A DNA stretch of 64,000 nucleotides from an uncultured Nitrososphaerota archaeon (GCA_964636085.1 CAZWPQ010000001.1:69744-133743), one strand, 5' to 3'; positions 27,785 to 38,579 are shown, counted from the stretch's first letter. Notes: generated by a model from the letters alone, not told the origin. Translations and numbers: made by a program.

Positions 27785-28324
27785 ATGGTGATTATGTTGA
27801 ATGCCATCCAAGGGCAAGACACAAAAAAAATCCCTAAGCCAGAGAGACAATGGATAGCTATTATTAGGATTCGTGGAACTGTAAATGTTAAGAGAGACGT
27901 AGAGTATACATTAAAACTCCTCCGACTTCATAAGCCTAATCACTGCGTTGTGAGACGCTTAGATCAAAGTTTAAGAGGCATGCTACTAAAGGCCCAACAT
28001 AAAATTGCATGGGGAGAGATCGACTTCGAAGTTCTGTATAAGCTTCTGAAGGACCGAGGATATACGGTAGGCGGTAACAGACTCACTGACGACCTAGTCA
28101 AAAAATTCACTGGAGGCAAATATAAAAATATTGAAGAGCTAGCAAAAGCTATCTGGAGAGGCGAAATAAGTTTCGGGGAATTAAAATGGCTTAAGCCTGT
28201 TTTCAGACTTCATCCACCTAAGCATGGTGGATATAAGAGAAGTGTCAAAAAGCTGTATCAGGAAGGTGGAGCACTGGGATACTGGGGGCCTGATATCAAA
28301 AATCTATTGCTACGCATGATATGA
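27785..28324 (+). CDS. rpl30: 50S ribosomal protein L30 (uL30, L7-type)
   Basis: …IAIIRIRGTVNVKRDVEYTLKLLRLHKPNHCVV…GMLLKAQHKIAWGEID… is the typical archaeal L30P. Confidence 0.65.
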   Translation: MVIMLNAIQGQDTKKIPKPERQWIAIIRIRGTVNVKRDVEYTLKLLRLHKPNHCVVRRLDQSLRGMLLKAQHKIAWGEIDFEVLYKLLKDRGYTVGGNRLTDDLVKKFTGGKYKNIEELAKAIWRGEISFGELKWLKPVFRLHPPKHGGYKRSVKKLYQEGGALGYWGPDIKNLLLRMI

Positions 28325-28333
28325 CTCATTTTC

Positions 28334-30601
28334 CTATGCTTTTTCAAATTTGACCCTTACCATATTCTCCCATAGTTTTCGTACGATCTTTCTAATTCTT
28401 ATCAACTCTTCTTTTTCTATTAATCTCCTCTGGCAGATTTTCCTTACTAGTAGATGCTCTTCTTCAATGCTCAGAAACTTGTACTTTCTTGCAAAATATA
28501 GATTGACCAATTCCGCTATCACATCTATACATGCCTCTATCTTACCACCTATGGATAAGTATAGGCCTAGCCTAAATACATCACCAGATGTAAGTTGGGG
28601 GACAACAGTTATTGGTTCGCCAGATTTAAGTATCATGTGCGCCGTTTCGGTTTCTAGTTCCCAATAACTATTTCTTAGCTCTCTCAGTAACCTGATTTTG
28701 AGTTGCTTATTAGCCTCCAATATCATCCTGGATGCATGTTTTGAAAGTGGTTTCAACACAATAACAGAATACTCTCCCGTCTTAGGATTAATTATGGGTG
28801 ACATGTTTGCGGGCATAAAGCCATTCTTAAGCCAAAAGTTGAGTAATCTAGGGTTAGCACCAAAAGAAGCACCAATCCATTCTACTCCCTCATTCTTTGC
28901 GATTTTCGTTAGTTTTTCCAGAGCTAGACTCCCTAGTCCTCTTCCTTGAAGATTTGGATGTGTAGCTATCCTTACTATTCTGAAGCCACGCATTTTTGGG
29001 AAATCAACAATGCCAGTATATCTCGTTATGTTATCTGGTATGAGATGACCTGATGGCGCTTCTTCTAGCATTTCTTGAACCGATTCTGGAGGGATTTTCC
29101 CCTCCTCGGCTATCTGCAATGCAACCAGTGGTTTTGAATCTATTACTAATGCAAATAATCTATGATGGGGCGCATCACTTAGGAGCAATAGATCCTTCGG
29201 ATTATTGCGGTAATGTGCCGTTGTCAATATACCTATAAGCGATCTCAAAAACTCTTCGGACTTTTTATCCCCTAGGAAATATTCCTTGGGGTCTAATTCT
29301 ATGAGTTTTGCCTCTCCTATCTTTTCCATTATATCTTCACTTACTCTGGAAGGCTCGGCATCGAGAAGTAGTAAATCAAACAACCATTGTTCGACAGGGT
29401 CATCCATCGCATATCTTATTGGTTGCTTTAACTCAATCTTTATGAAGTGCCTACCACTCGATTCTAGCATCTTTAGAAAGCGTACCGCGAAAATTCTTCC
29501 TGTTCCCTCATAGCCATGCACGGTCCCTGAAAACACTATTTTCTTGTAAGCATTTATTGTCTTCCGTAAAAAGGTAAACGGAATCGCAGCGACTTCATCT
29601 ACAACTAAAGCATCTGCAATATGCGCCATCTTTAAAGCTCTGTGTGGGAACTCAAATTGGAGTCTTAGTATGTCGCTCTTCAATGTTTGCTCTTTAGCAT
29701 TAAACTCATAGTTTATACCTAGGGCATCATGAGCTATTTGCGCAAATCTAAATACCTCCTCCACATTCAAGGTACTTCTAGACGTCAAACATACAAAGAA
29801 TGGTCTTTTATGTTTTTTGACAAATATTGTAGCATAGCCAGTAAGCCCTAGACCTATACTTGCCGACTTCCCCCGGCCCCTATTGGCTAGAAGGATTATA
29901 TAGTTTTTCCATTCTTCAAATGCCTTTAACACATCGATCTGATCCTTAGATGCGGCGAGCCCATATATTTCTTCGGGTATTGATGCCATCTCTGGGATTC
30001 CTATCTCTTCTTCTACATATTCGTGCTTCGCCTCCTTGGGAATACTTAAGAATTCTTTCTTCGATGCATCATAGACGTAGACACCTCTATAGTTTTTTGA
30101 TTTCTTTATTATTCTCTCTAGCATTATTCCTCTCGGCTGTTTATTGTAGTATGGCGGAACAATTTCTTCGTAGTATATCCTCGAGTTATATGAGTATGGT
30201 AGTAGGATGAATATTATGCCGCCACCACGTACAGTTCCCACAGCCCTAGATAAGGCTATTACATCGGGCCAATCCCTCAGATCAATACAGGCGATGTCAT
30301 ACGTCTTTCCAAGTATTTTGTCTGTATCCCAGCAAGACACCGCAAAGAGACTATCGGACGTGCATATCTCCTTTAAACTCTTACGAAACTTTTTACTATT
30401 TGAGACACATAACATATTCTCGTTACAGAAATCCTTCATTATATCTAAAACTTCTCTAGCAGTATGGAGAGGCTCCCCTAAAACAATAAATAACCTCCTC
30501 TCAAACATATCTTTAGCATATCTTCTTGCCTCCTGAACATAGCTTATAAATTCGCCATAAACACTCATTCTATCCACAACCCATGACCAATCGTTATCCA
30601 A
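28334..30601 (-). CDS. tmcA: tRNA(Met) cytidine acetyltransferase TmcA (Kre33/NAT10 homologue)
   Basis: 755 aa with helicase-domain Walker A …LANRGRGKSASIGLGL…, a GNAT acetyl-CoA site …HPNLQGRGLGSLALEKL…, and a tRNA-binding tail. Confidence 0.7.
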   Translation of the reverse strand: MDNDWSWVVDRMSVYGEFISYVQEARRYAKDMFERRLFIVLGEPLHTAREVLDIMKDFCNENMLCVSNSKKFRKSLKEICTSDSLFAVSCWDTDKILGKTYDIACIDLRDWPDVIALSRAVGTVRGGGIIFILLPYSYNSRIYYEEIVPPYYNKQPRGIMLERIIKKSKNYRGVYVYDASKKEFLSIPKEAKHEYVEEEIGIPEMASIPEEIYGLAASKDQIDVLKAFEEWKNYIILLANRGRGKSASIGLGLTGYATIFVKKHKRPFFVCLTSRSTLNVEEVFRFAQIAHDALGINYEFNAKEQTLKSDILRLQFEFPHRALKMAHIADALVVDEVAAIPFTFLRKTINAYKKIVFSGTVHGYEGTGRIFAVRFLKMLESSGRHFIKIELKQPIRYAMDDPVEQWLFDLLLLDAEPSRVSEDIMEKIGEAKLIELDPKEYFLGDKKSEEFLRSLIGILTTAHYRNNPKDLLLLSDAPHHRLFALVIDSKPLVALQIAEEGKIPPESVQEMLEEAPSGHLIPDNITRYTGIVDFPKMRGFRIVRIATHPNLQGRGLGSLALEKLTKIAKNEGVEWIGASFGANPRLLNFWLKNGFMPANMSPIINPKTGEYSVIVLKPLSKHASRMILEANKQLKIRLLRELRNSYWELETETAHMILKSGEPITVVPQLTSGDVFRLGLYLSIGGKIEACIDVIAELVNLYFARKYKFLSIEEEHLLVRKICQRRLIEKEELIRIRKIVRKLWENMVRVKFEKA

Positions 30602-31214
30602 AACTATTATTGGTTACAATCTGGAATGATACTCCATTCATAAATAACAACCTATAGACACTCCTAGCTAGGATCCTGGCTACCCTAATGGGTTCTATAT
30701 ATCTACCATGTATAGCATACAGGTTTAATATCTCCACAGCGTTACCTAGAGATATGCCGACAGGCCTCACATACACCAAGTATTCATTCCTTAACTTTAC
30801 AAGGACTCTTGGTCCATTCTTCTTGTATATATTTATCCTCACCTCCGCATCGGGAAGTTCTGCCAAATACTTCTCGAGACCCTCAGAATATTCATATGTT
30901 ACTGCAATCACTGGAATTCCACATCTCTCATATACCCTATTCAGGTCCACAACATTATACATCGATATAACTGTGCCCGACAATATTATTGTCCTAATAT
31001 CTTTTCTCTCAAGCTTTTTATACAGCCCTATTATCGCTTCAGTTGCATCTAGACCCCCAACTGTGCATAATCCAAATGAGAAACCATCTATCTGTAAATC
31101 GGCCCTCATTACCACCCCAGCCAATACTGATCGCCTAATATGCGATTTTTTATTGAATGATTCAGCTATACCAAGCACTCTTAGACCCTTCTTTGGGGGG
31201 ATATACTTTGGCAT
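30594..31214 (-). CDS. DUF99/UPF0215 family protein
   Basis: …LRVLGIAESFNKK…VLAGVVMRADLQIDGFSFGLCTVGGLDATEAI fits the UPF0215 N-terminal signature. Confidence 0.55.
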   Translation of the reverse strand: MPKYIPPKKGLRVLGIAESFNKKSHIRRSVLAGVVMRADLQIDGFSFGLCTVGGLDATEAIIGLYKKLERKDIRTIILSGTVISMYNVVDLNRVYERCGIPVIAVTYEYSEGLEKYLAELPDAEVRINIYKKNGPRVLVKLRNEYLVYVRPVGISLGNAVEILNLYAIHGRYIEPIRVARILARSVYRLLFMNGVSFQIVTNNSFG

Positions 31215-31225
31215 TGTTCACAGCT

Positions 31226-32182
31226 TTATTGTTCCAGCACTACCATCCTTAGCGTCTGGGGTTGAAATTCCAAATACTTGTGCCTTCCAGTAATATAGTT
31301 CTTTACAAGCACTTTTATGTAGATGATTACCCTGCCATTAACATTTTCTAATGAAAGCAATGAATTCAGAACAATCGCTATAGATACATTCTTCTCGCCG
31401 TAGAATGGATATGCTATCTCCCACACGCCATATCCTACTACGCCCCCATCAATCGTAACGTTTATCTCTACTCTTTTTACTGACTCGTAGGGAGAACATC
31501 TTGAAACCACGCTCAAGTTAACTATCATGTAGGTTTTATCGTCTATAACCCCACTATTTATGGGTTTGATTATCTCCACGTATATATTACTGGGGTCTCC
31601 CCTACTTCGGATCATTATTACCAAAAATGAACAAACTAATATTAACACAACCAGAACTCTAATGTTGATAGCCCTCAGATGTGTTGACAATGGATATACT
31701 CTTCTCTCTTTCTCACTACTCATACTCCAATATATCATAAATGTCAGGATAACAATCAATATGAACATTAGCCGGGCGCCGGGCTCATCTAGAGATAAGA
31801 AAAAGTATCCTAGATATGGAACTCTGCCAACAAGTTTACCTAGAACATAATCCTCTGGCACCCATACCCATCGATCTATATTTGGATTATTGTCCCCCTT
31901 TGTAACGAAATATAATTTACCATCCTTCTCCTCTATATAAGCAACCCTATGCAGAATTAATTTATTACCGGGGGGAGGCTCCTTGAATACAATAACATCG
32001 CCTATGGATATTTGTGATGGAGGCACTTTTTTGATGATGACGATATCGCCCTTGCAATAAGTTGGTTCCATCGACTCCGATTCTACATATGATATTATAT
32101 ATAGACACCTCATATATAGAAAAATCCCAATAAGCGCAATACATATAATAACTATGGCCACATTTTTGTTTGTATTCTCCAT
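31226..32182 (-). CDS. signal peptidase I (archaeal Sec11-type) with long C-terminal extension
   Basis: N-terminal TM anchor, catalytic-Ser box …VESESMEPTYCKGDIVII…, and ~160 extra residues with a second TM segment. Confidence 0.55.
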   Translation of the reverse strand: MENTNKNVAIVIICIALIGIFLYMRCLYIISYVESESMEPTYCKGDIVIIKKVPPSQISIGDVIVFKEPPPGNKLILHRVAYIEEKDGKLYFVTKGDNNPNIDRWVWVPEDYVLGKLVGRVPYLGYFFLSLDEPGARLMFILIVILTFMIYWSMSSEKERRVYPLSTHLRAINIRVLVVLILVCSFLVIMIRSRGDPSNIYVEIIKPINSGVIDDKTYMIVNLSVVSRCSPYESVKRVEINVTIDGGVVGYGVWEIAYPFYGEKNVSIAIVLNSLLSLENVNGRVIIYIKVLVKNYITGRHKYLEFQPQTLRMVVLEQ

Positions 32183-32233
32183 ATTCCCAGCCCCTAATAC
32201 CTAAAAATATATCTATAAATTCACTAATGAATA

Positions 32234-32746
32234 TTGTTGACAAAAAAGGGGATAACCATGCATGCCAAAAAGCTACTTTATGCCAACACATTTTGTGCAT
32301 ATCGCGATAAGTACATGGGACGTATCATTTGTCGGCATAAATACAGTTATGGAGTATGTGACCTAGACCTATGCCCAATAGTCAACGATTATTATGCTAA
32401 TGTTGTGTTCCAAGAGGAAGGCATAGTATTGGTTGTAAAACGCCCCTCGGGGGATAGTGTGGCTGGGATGTGGGAGCGATATAACATCGAAATATCTCCA
32501 GAACTCGACAACGAGGATGATATCATAAAGTTCTGTATGGAGAAGACAAACGGTGTCCCAGAGATAATACGTAAGAAACTTCAGGAGAAAATACATGCAC
32601 TATTCGAACGATGGAGATTTCTCAAATCTCGCGGTAAGAAGATTGGGGCGATAGAAACTGAAAAGAAAGTTGCTGAGGAAGAAATAACTATAGGCGAGGA
32701 ACTCTTAGAGGAAATCAAAGAGGTCGAAAAAGAAATCGAGAGTTAA
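32234..32746 (+). CDS. hypothetical Cys-rich protein
   Basis: The ORF has a TTG start in the track, with a probable ATG at 32257. It has an N-terminal Cys cluster and an acidic coiled C-terminus. Confidence 0.35.
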   Translation: MLTKKGITMHAKKLLYANTFCAYRDKYMGRIICRHKYSYGVCDLDLCPIVNDYYANVVFQEEGIVLVVKRPSGDSVAGMWERYNIEISPELDNEDDIIKFCMEKTNGVPEIIRKKLQEKIHALFERWRFLKSRGKKIGAIETEKKVAEEEITIGEELLEEIKEVEKEIES

Positions 32747-32771
32747 CATAAATACTTCTCCTCTATAATAG

Positions 32772-32844
32772 TGGAGGGGGCGGGATTCGAACCCGCGGCC
32801 TCTGCCCTGCGAAGGCAGCGCTCTACCAACTGAGCTACCCCTCC
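32772..32844 (-). tRNA. tRNA-Ala(CGC), no intron, CCA encoded
   Basis: The reverse complement is GGAGGGG-TA-GCTCAGTTGGTAGAGC-G-CTGCC-TTCGCAG-GGCAG-AGG-CCGCGGGTTCGAATCCCGCG…-CCA. Anticodon CGC, with the G3·U70 Ala identity pair plausible. Confidence 0.8.
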
Positions 32845-32894
32845 TAATTCTACAATCCCCCAATATATCCTATCCTATTTTTTTAGTTTTTTAA

Positions 32895-34145
32895 GTGTTT
32901 TTGTGGTGTGGTAAAATGCTTAGTAATATCGCCAGATATATGATTGATCATCCCAGCAGTATTAGAGAGATAATGGAACTTGTTGCTCAGTTTGAAAAAC
33001 ACCCAGAAAAGTTTCCCCGACCATTGATATACCTGGCAGGTGGCTGGCCCCAAGATCCCCCACCACGTATACTACGGGAAAAATTTCTTGAAGTCATAAA
33101 AGATGACGAGTTGTGGAAAAAAGCTGCAAGATATAGCCCAACAATAGGTTTTCCAGATCTCCTTGAGCTCATTCCTACTTACGAAAAAGAGATATTCGGT
33201 AGAGGAGGAATACCTCCCGATTCCATAGTAGTTGGCTTGGGCTCCACTGAGCAGACAGCAGCTTTATTTAAAATGCTGTTGAATCCTGGCGATGAAATAA
33301 TCATGACGACGCCTGGGTATCTAAATTATAGGAGACAAATAGAACTTGAGCTAGATTTGAAAGCCAGAATTAAGTTTTGGGAGATTGTAAAAGATGGATC
33401 CTTTTCTCCTTCCCTTCAGGAACTTACAGACATGATTTCAAACAAGACTAGAGCCATACTTATAGGAACCCCGGGCAATCCAGATGGGCAAGTATGGGGT
33501 GATAATATACTTAGGGGGCTTCACGATTTAGCGATGGATCATGACTTTTATATATTGCTAGATGTTGCATACAGAGCCTTCATTTTTGAGGATCTACCTA
33601 GAGCATTCCAGAGACCTCCACGTGAACGCGAGATATGGATATGTTCATTTAGCAAGGAGTTTAGGGCCCCAGGATGGAGAATAAGCTACGTAATTTTACC
33701 ACCAGAATTCCGTAGGCCCCTGAACACTATTGAGCAGGCCCGCATACTTGCACCTGTAAGCCCTGTTCAAATGACTCTTATTAGATTATTTTCGGATAAA
33801 AAAGCGTTAAGCGAACTCAAAAAGTTTTATGATGATGGGAGAAAGAAATATAAAGCCATGGCCGAATACACAGTTGACTCTCTAAAGCATATAGAAAAAA
33901 TCAAGGTACTAGAGCCAAGAGGAGGCTTCTATGTGTTCTTCAATATCGAGGAAATTTGCCGTGACGATAAGAAAATATGGCGCGAACTTATCGATAAAAA
34001 ACAGCTTGCACTTGCCCCAGGTAGCGATTTCAATAATGCTAAGGGATGGCTAAGATTATCCTTCGCACCCGTTGTAGAGACACCCGAAAAACTCAGAGAG
34101 GGATTAGAGAGACTAAAGGAATACTTTAGTGAAATTCCATCATGA
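32895..34145 (+). CDS. PLP-dependent aminotransferase (class I/II, aspartate-aminotransferase family)
   Basis: Size and the …SFSKEFRAPGWRISY… PLP-lysine motif fit a class I/II aminotransferase. Confidence 0.7.
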   Translation: MFLWCGKMLSNIARYMIDHPSSIREIMELVAQFEKHPEKFPRPLIYLAGGWPQDPPPRILREKFLEVIKDDELWKKAARYSPTIGFPDLLELIPTYEKEIFGRGGIPPDSIVVGLGSTEQTAALFKMLLNPGDEIIMTTPGYLNYRRQIELELDLKARIKFWEIVKDGSFSPSLQELTDMISNKTRAILIGTPGNPDGQVWGDNILRGLHDLAMDHDFYILLDVAYRAFIFEDLPRAFQRPPREREIWICSFSKEFRAPGWRISYVILPPEFRRPLNTIEQARILAPVSPVQMTLIRLFSDKKALSELKKFYDDGRKKYKAMAEYTVDSLKHIEKIKVLEPRGGFYVFFNIEEICRDDKKIWRELIDKKQLALAPGSDFNNAKGWLRLSFAPVVETPEKLREGLERLKEYFSEIPS

Positions 34146-35066
34146 TAATACTTTATTTATGAACCAATCTGGATCAAAAGCTACAAGATCCTCATACCCC
34201 TGCCCAATCCCTACATAGCTTATGGGTTTTTTTGTTACATAGCATAAGGTAATTGCTGCTCCTCCCTTCACATCAGCATCTACTTTAGTTAGGATACTAC
34301 AGTCAACACCCACCTCTGAACTAAACGTTCTGGCTTGAACCACCAAGTCGTTTCCCATCAACGCATCAACAACCAGACATTTTATATCTGGCTTAGCAAC
34401 TCTTACAATCTTCTTCATCTCCCCTATCAGGTCCATATCTGTCCCTAGACGCCCCGCGGTATCTATCAACACAACATCTTTCTTTCTTGACGACGCGTGT
34501 TCTATAGCATCGAAACCAACAGAGGCAGGGTCTGCTCCATATTGTCGCTTTATCATATATACCTTCAATTTCTGTGAATGCTTGTATAATTGCTCAATGG
34601 CACCAGCTCTAAATGTATCAGAACATGCCAATACTACCGTGAGAGAATTTTTCTTCATTTTGTATGCCAACTTCGCTATACTAGTTGTCTTTCCACACCC
34701 ATTAGGGCCAAGAAAAACAACAGTAAATGGTTTCCACCGACCATACTTGTTATTCAAATTTTCCTCTTTTCTTTTAAGTGCTAGCTCTACTAGGTCTACC
34801 CGTGGTATGTTCAATATTGATCTTAGTTCCTCCCTAATAGCAAGTCTTATTATCTCTCTTATATCACTAAAACGCTTAACGATTTGTCCAGCTAGCCTAC
34901 TAGAAATGTTTTTTGTTATCTCTCTTGCAACATCCACAGCGATATCCGACTCTATTAGATCAAGTTCAAATTCAAACAACACATTCCTTAAATTCTTCTC
35001 TGTTAATTCCTTATAGACAACTTTATCAATAAATTTTTTAATAGCCTTCTTTAGTGACTCAAACAA
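34140..35066 (-). CDS. ftsY: signal recognition particle receptor FtsY
   Basis: …FLGPNGCGKTTSIAKLA… (G1), DTAGR (G3), TKVD (G4). The 308-aa length lacks an M-domain, so it is FtsY rather than SRP54. Confidence 0.75.
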   Translation of the reverse strand: MFESLKKAIKKFIDKVVYKELTEKNLRNVLFEFELDLIESDIAVDVAREITKNISSRLAGQIVKRFSDIREIIRLAIREELRSILNIPRVDLVELALKRKEENLNNKYGRWKPFTVVFLGPNGCGKTTSIAKLAYKMKKNSLTVVLACSDTFRAGAIEQLYKHSQKLKVYMIKRQYGADPASVGFDAIEHASSRKKDVVLIDTAGRLGTDMDLIGEMKKIVRVAKPDIKCLVVDALMGNDLVVQARTFSSEVGVDCSILTKVDADVKGGAAITLCYVTKKPISYVGIGQGYEDLVAFDPDWFINKVLS

Positions 35067-35171
35067 CTCGTGCGCACCCCTCTTATGGATAAGCTTAAAT
35101 CAATTTTTAAACTATATACTCTTTTAGATGATTATTAAAATAGTGATCTATGAGATCATCCTGGTGGTTTT

Positions 35172-37175
35172 TTGACAATATTGGGCCTAGACGTATTACC
35201 AGACCGACAAAATTTTTACGCTGTCATACTGGATGAAACTACGGGAGATATTCATTACAGGAACACAGTAAAGCGAGAAGACATCATACTTTTAATAAAG
35301 AAATACAATGTCAAAATTGTAGCCATGGATAACATATTTGAGCTCTACGAAACTTCTGCCGACATCATGAACTTCATAGATAAAACTGGTGTTACTCTAG
35401 TTCAGGTTACCGGTGCACCGTTTAGACAACACCGCCTTGCTTCTTTAGCAAAGAAACATGGTTTATTCAGGGGCGGGAAACTCCCCCCAGAGAAAGCCGC
35501 AGAAATCGCCGCTAGACTTGCTATGAGGAGCGAGGGCGCCCAAGTTATAGCCCTAAGGGACGCTACCCTCATAACTGTATCCCGCTCTAGACACTTCGGA
35601 CAAGTTGGAGGAAGCCATCAAAGGCAATACCTACGATCAGCTGAGGCCCGAATTAGAGAGATTGTAAAGGAAATTTTGGATTCTCTAAATAAACAGGGAA
35701 TACTGTATGACACTCTAATAAGAGAGGGAGAAGGAGGATATAAATCGGCCAGAATAATTATATACGAATCCTACGACACTATCAGGAACATAATCAGGGA
35801 CTATGAAACTGATTGGTACCAAGTTAAAGTGGAGCCGATACGGCATAGTAGACTCATATTTGTTCTTCCAGGCGAGGGACACTCACCATTCCACTACGGA
35901 CATTATATAATCGTGGGTGTTGATCCCGGTGAAACAACTGGATTGGCATTAATCGACTTAAATGGTAATGTGCTATATGTTGGAAGCCGTCGGGGGATAG
36001 GTTTTTTTGAGCTCATAGACAAAATTTACGAACATGGAAAACCCCTCATAATATCAACTGATGTTCCTAAGATCCCACACTTCGTCAATCTTCTTTCACA
36101 GAAATCTGGTGCGATAATTTTTAGGCCAAAAAAAACTTTGTCTATATTCAAGAAGAATGAAATAATAAAGAATTTAGGTATCAGAGTTCATGACTCCCAT
36201 CAAAGAGACGCACTAGTAGCTGCATTTCTTGCATACAAGCACTATGAAAAGAAATTCTCAAAAATTGATTCAATCTTAAAATACATTCCAATAGTTGATC
36301 CAGAAAAAGTAAAAGTCGACGTGGTTTTTCGGAATCTCGATATTAGAACGGCCATACTATCCCAACTATCGGAGCTCCTCTCAGAAAGAAACAAAGAAAA
36401 AAGCGACTATATTAGCCACAGAGAGGTACAGCTACTTAGAGAAAATCAACAATTAAGAAAGAAATATGTGGAACTTAGAAAAAAAGTTGCCCAAATGAGA
36501 GAAACTATACATGAGCTTAGGGAGTCCTTAAGACAGAAAGAAAGAGAAATTATCCGCTTAAAAAGTGAGATAAGAACCTTATCAAGTGCGAAAAAGGCGG
36601 AAACTATAGATATCCTTAGAGAGAAAGATCACATAGTTGCCAAATTGCTAGACGAAAATAGAACACTTACGAACATCGTTACCAAGTTAGAATCTAAGAT
36701 TAAATACCTTGAAAATAAGCATGAGGTCCTTAGAAGAATTGCCCAGAGAAACCCTAGCGAGATTGTTGTTAAGAAAATAGAAAAACTTTCCTACTCGTCA
36801 TTGATTACTTGGAAGAACGAATATGGCTTATCAAAATATGACTTCATTCTTACAAAAAACATTACTTGGAGTGAAAAACTAATTAATCTTCTAAGCACCA
36901 ACGCAGCTGGTATCATTATCTATGGAGACGAAAAAATACCTGAGGAAATAAGACAAAAACTTGCTGAGGTAGGCATCGTTGTTTTAAAATATGATGATGT
37001 CTCAGATATCATAGACACCAAACTCATAGTACAGACCGTACAACTGAGGAAGCTGAGAAAGAGAATACGGGGAGTTATCCTTGAGTATACGGACAAACTA
37101 GAAAAAGCATACGAAGAATTTATGGAAGTTTTGGAAGAGTATAGAAGGAAAAGGATCGTAGAGCTCATGGATTAG
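35172..37175 (+). CDS. DUF460/COG2433-type protein: two RuvC/YqgF-like RNase-H-fold modules plus a long coiled coil
   Basis: MTILGLDVLPDR… and …IIVGVDPGETTGLALIDLNGNVLYV… look like YqgF-type resolvase N-termini. A ~200-aa heptad-rich region follows. Confidence 0.45.
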   Translation: MTILGLDVLPDRQNFYAVILDETTGDIHYRNTVKREDIILLIKKYNVKIVAMDNIFELYETSADIMNFIDKTGVTLVQVTGAPFRQHRLASLAKKHGLFRGGKLPPEKAAEIAARLAMRSEGAQVIALRDATLITVSRSRHFGQVGGSHQRQYLRSAEARIREIVKEILDSLNKQGILYDTLIREGEGGYKSARIIIYESYDTIRNIIRDYETDWYQVKVEPIRHSRLIFVLPGEGHSPFHYGHYIIVGVDPGETTGLALIDLNGNVLYVGSRRGIGFFELIDKIYEHGKPLIISTDVPKIPHFVNLLSQKSGAIIFRPKKTLSIFKKNEIIKNLGIRVHDSHQRDALVAAFLAYKHYEKKFSKIDSILKYIPIVDPEKVKVDVVFRNLDIRTAILSQLSELLSERNKEKSDYISHREVQLLRENQQLRKKYVELRKKVAQMRETIHELRESLRQKEREIIRLKSEIRTLSSAKKAETIDILREKDHIVAKLLDENRTLTNIVTKLESKIKYLENKHEVLRRIAQRNPSEIVVKKIEKLSYSSLITWKNEYGLSKYDFILTKNITWSEKLINLLSTNAAGIIIYGDEKIPEEIRQKLAEVGIVVLKYDDVSDIIDTKLIVQTVQLRKLRKRIRGVILEYTDKLEKAYEEFMEVLEEYRRKRIVELMD

Positions 37176-38579
37176 TCATTTCTTCGGGAGTTTAACATAT
37201 CTTCTATATAACCTTATACACAACGATATACCAATCACTACTATTATGATCGTCGCAACTAATTTCCAAACCCATTCAGGTATTTCTTTTTCTTTCTTCT
37301 TTGGTACAATTATCTTATAAATATACATTTTCGATTTATAATCACCAAATTCTGAGCGGACAGTTGCATTAAGAACGAGCCACCTAGCCGTCGAGTTTAT
37401 CTTGGGTAATTCACACATAAACTTGTCAGTAGGAACATCAATTGGTTCTGCACAATATGTTATTGTATCATTATTTTCATCCCTCAGTTCGTAGTATAGC
37501 TTTATTTCCGATATATTCCCAAAGCCATATCCAAGTATAACATACACATCACACGTTTTATTAACCTGGGGTTCGTCGGGGATAATATCAAGTACCGGGT
37601 ATTTTGGTATACTCAAGAACCCCTCTTTTAGGTACATGCTAACATAAATTTTAAGTTCGTCCAGATTTTCTAGTCCATAGTGTTTCCACCAGATGACTCC
37701 TTGGTCGTCAATAATTACTACAAGGGGCAAAAACGTGTTGTTGATAGTTGTAAACTCATACAATGTTCCATTGGACGATCTATTATATATGTATGTAACA
37801 TTATCATTCACAATCATTATGTTTGTATTTTCTTGTTCGTTACTATTGTTGTATGTATTCGAGATATCCACGATTAACGAAAATATGGATTCAGCATCTA
37901 TCTCTATTATGCTATTAAGCATTTCCTCGATGCCCAGTACATCGTTCATATATGACAGATTCGCATAGACAATCAAGTATAGCCGATACCCCTCATCTAA
38001 GACATTGATGTCCCCATCGCCATTCGAAATATTTAGACATGGTATCACGCCATAGAACGATTTCGGATATTTTGATCCATATTCATCATATATATAATCC
38101 TCAGCATTTACCGGAACTATGAGTCCCGAGTAGTTTTCCAGCTTCTTCTCAAGCCTCGATAAGAAGACCCTATGGAGGGGGTAATATGTTAGATTAATAG
38201 ATTCACTCTCATTCGCCATAATGGAATCCATATACTCTAAATAGTCACTAATAGTACTTACGTTTACCTGTTCTATATCCTCAACGTTTATACTGCCATT
38301 GTATATTAGGTAAAACAGCTCGTCCATTGTCGATACATTTATATAGGTGCCGTTTTTCAGAATTATCCTTCCAAATGGCATAATGGAGACATTTGTAACA
38401 TTTGTAGCATTATCGTCGTTATCCATTATTATTATTCTAAATGATAGGTATATGGCCTCATTAGAGCTGGTATCCACATCTACACTACCTAACGTCCTAT
38501 GTATAGTGAATGCCAATACTGGGTATGATATAAGCATCAGACATATAAACAAAGGAATTAGATGTCGCATTACTATCAC
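37176..38579 (-). CDS. secreted, C-terminally membrane-anchored glycoprotein (~22 N-glycosylation sequons)
   Basis: N-terminal signal peptide (MIVMRHLIPLFICLMLISYPVLAF), C-terminal TM plus basic tail (…IIIVVIGISLCIRLYRRYVKLPKK), and very dense N-x-S/T sequons. Confidence 0.5.
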   Translation of the reverse strand: MIVMRHLIPLFICLMLISYPVLAFTIHRTLGSVDVDTSSNEAIYLSFRIIIMDNDDNATNVTNVSIMPFGRIILKNGTYINVSTMDELFYLIYNGSINVEDIEQVNVSTISDYLEYMDSIMANESESINLTYYPLHRVFLSRLEKKLENYSGLIVPVNAEDYIYDEYGSKYPKSFYGVIPCLNISNGDGDINVLDEGYRLYLIVYANLSYMNDVLGIEEMLNSIIEIDAESIFSLIVDISNTYNNSNEQENTNIMIVNDNVTYIYNRSSNGTLYEFTTINNTFLPLVVIIDDQGVIWWKHYGLENLDELKIYVSMYLKEGFLSIPKYPVLDIIPDEPQVNKTCDVYVILGYGFGNISEIKLYYELRDENNDTITYCAEPIDVPTDKFMCELPKINSTARWLVLNATVRSEFGDYKSKMYIYKIIVPKKKEKEIPEWVWKLVATIIIVVIGISLCIRLYRRYVKLPKK

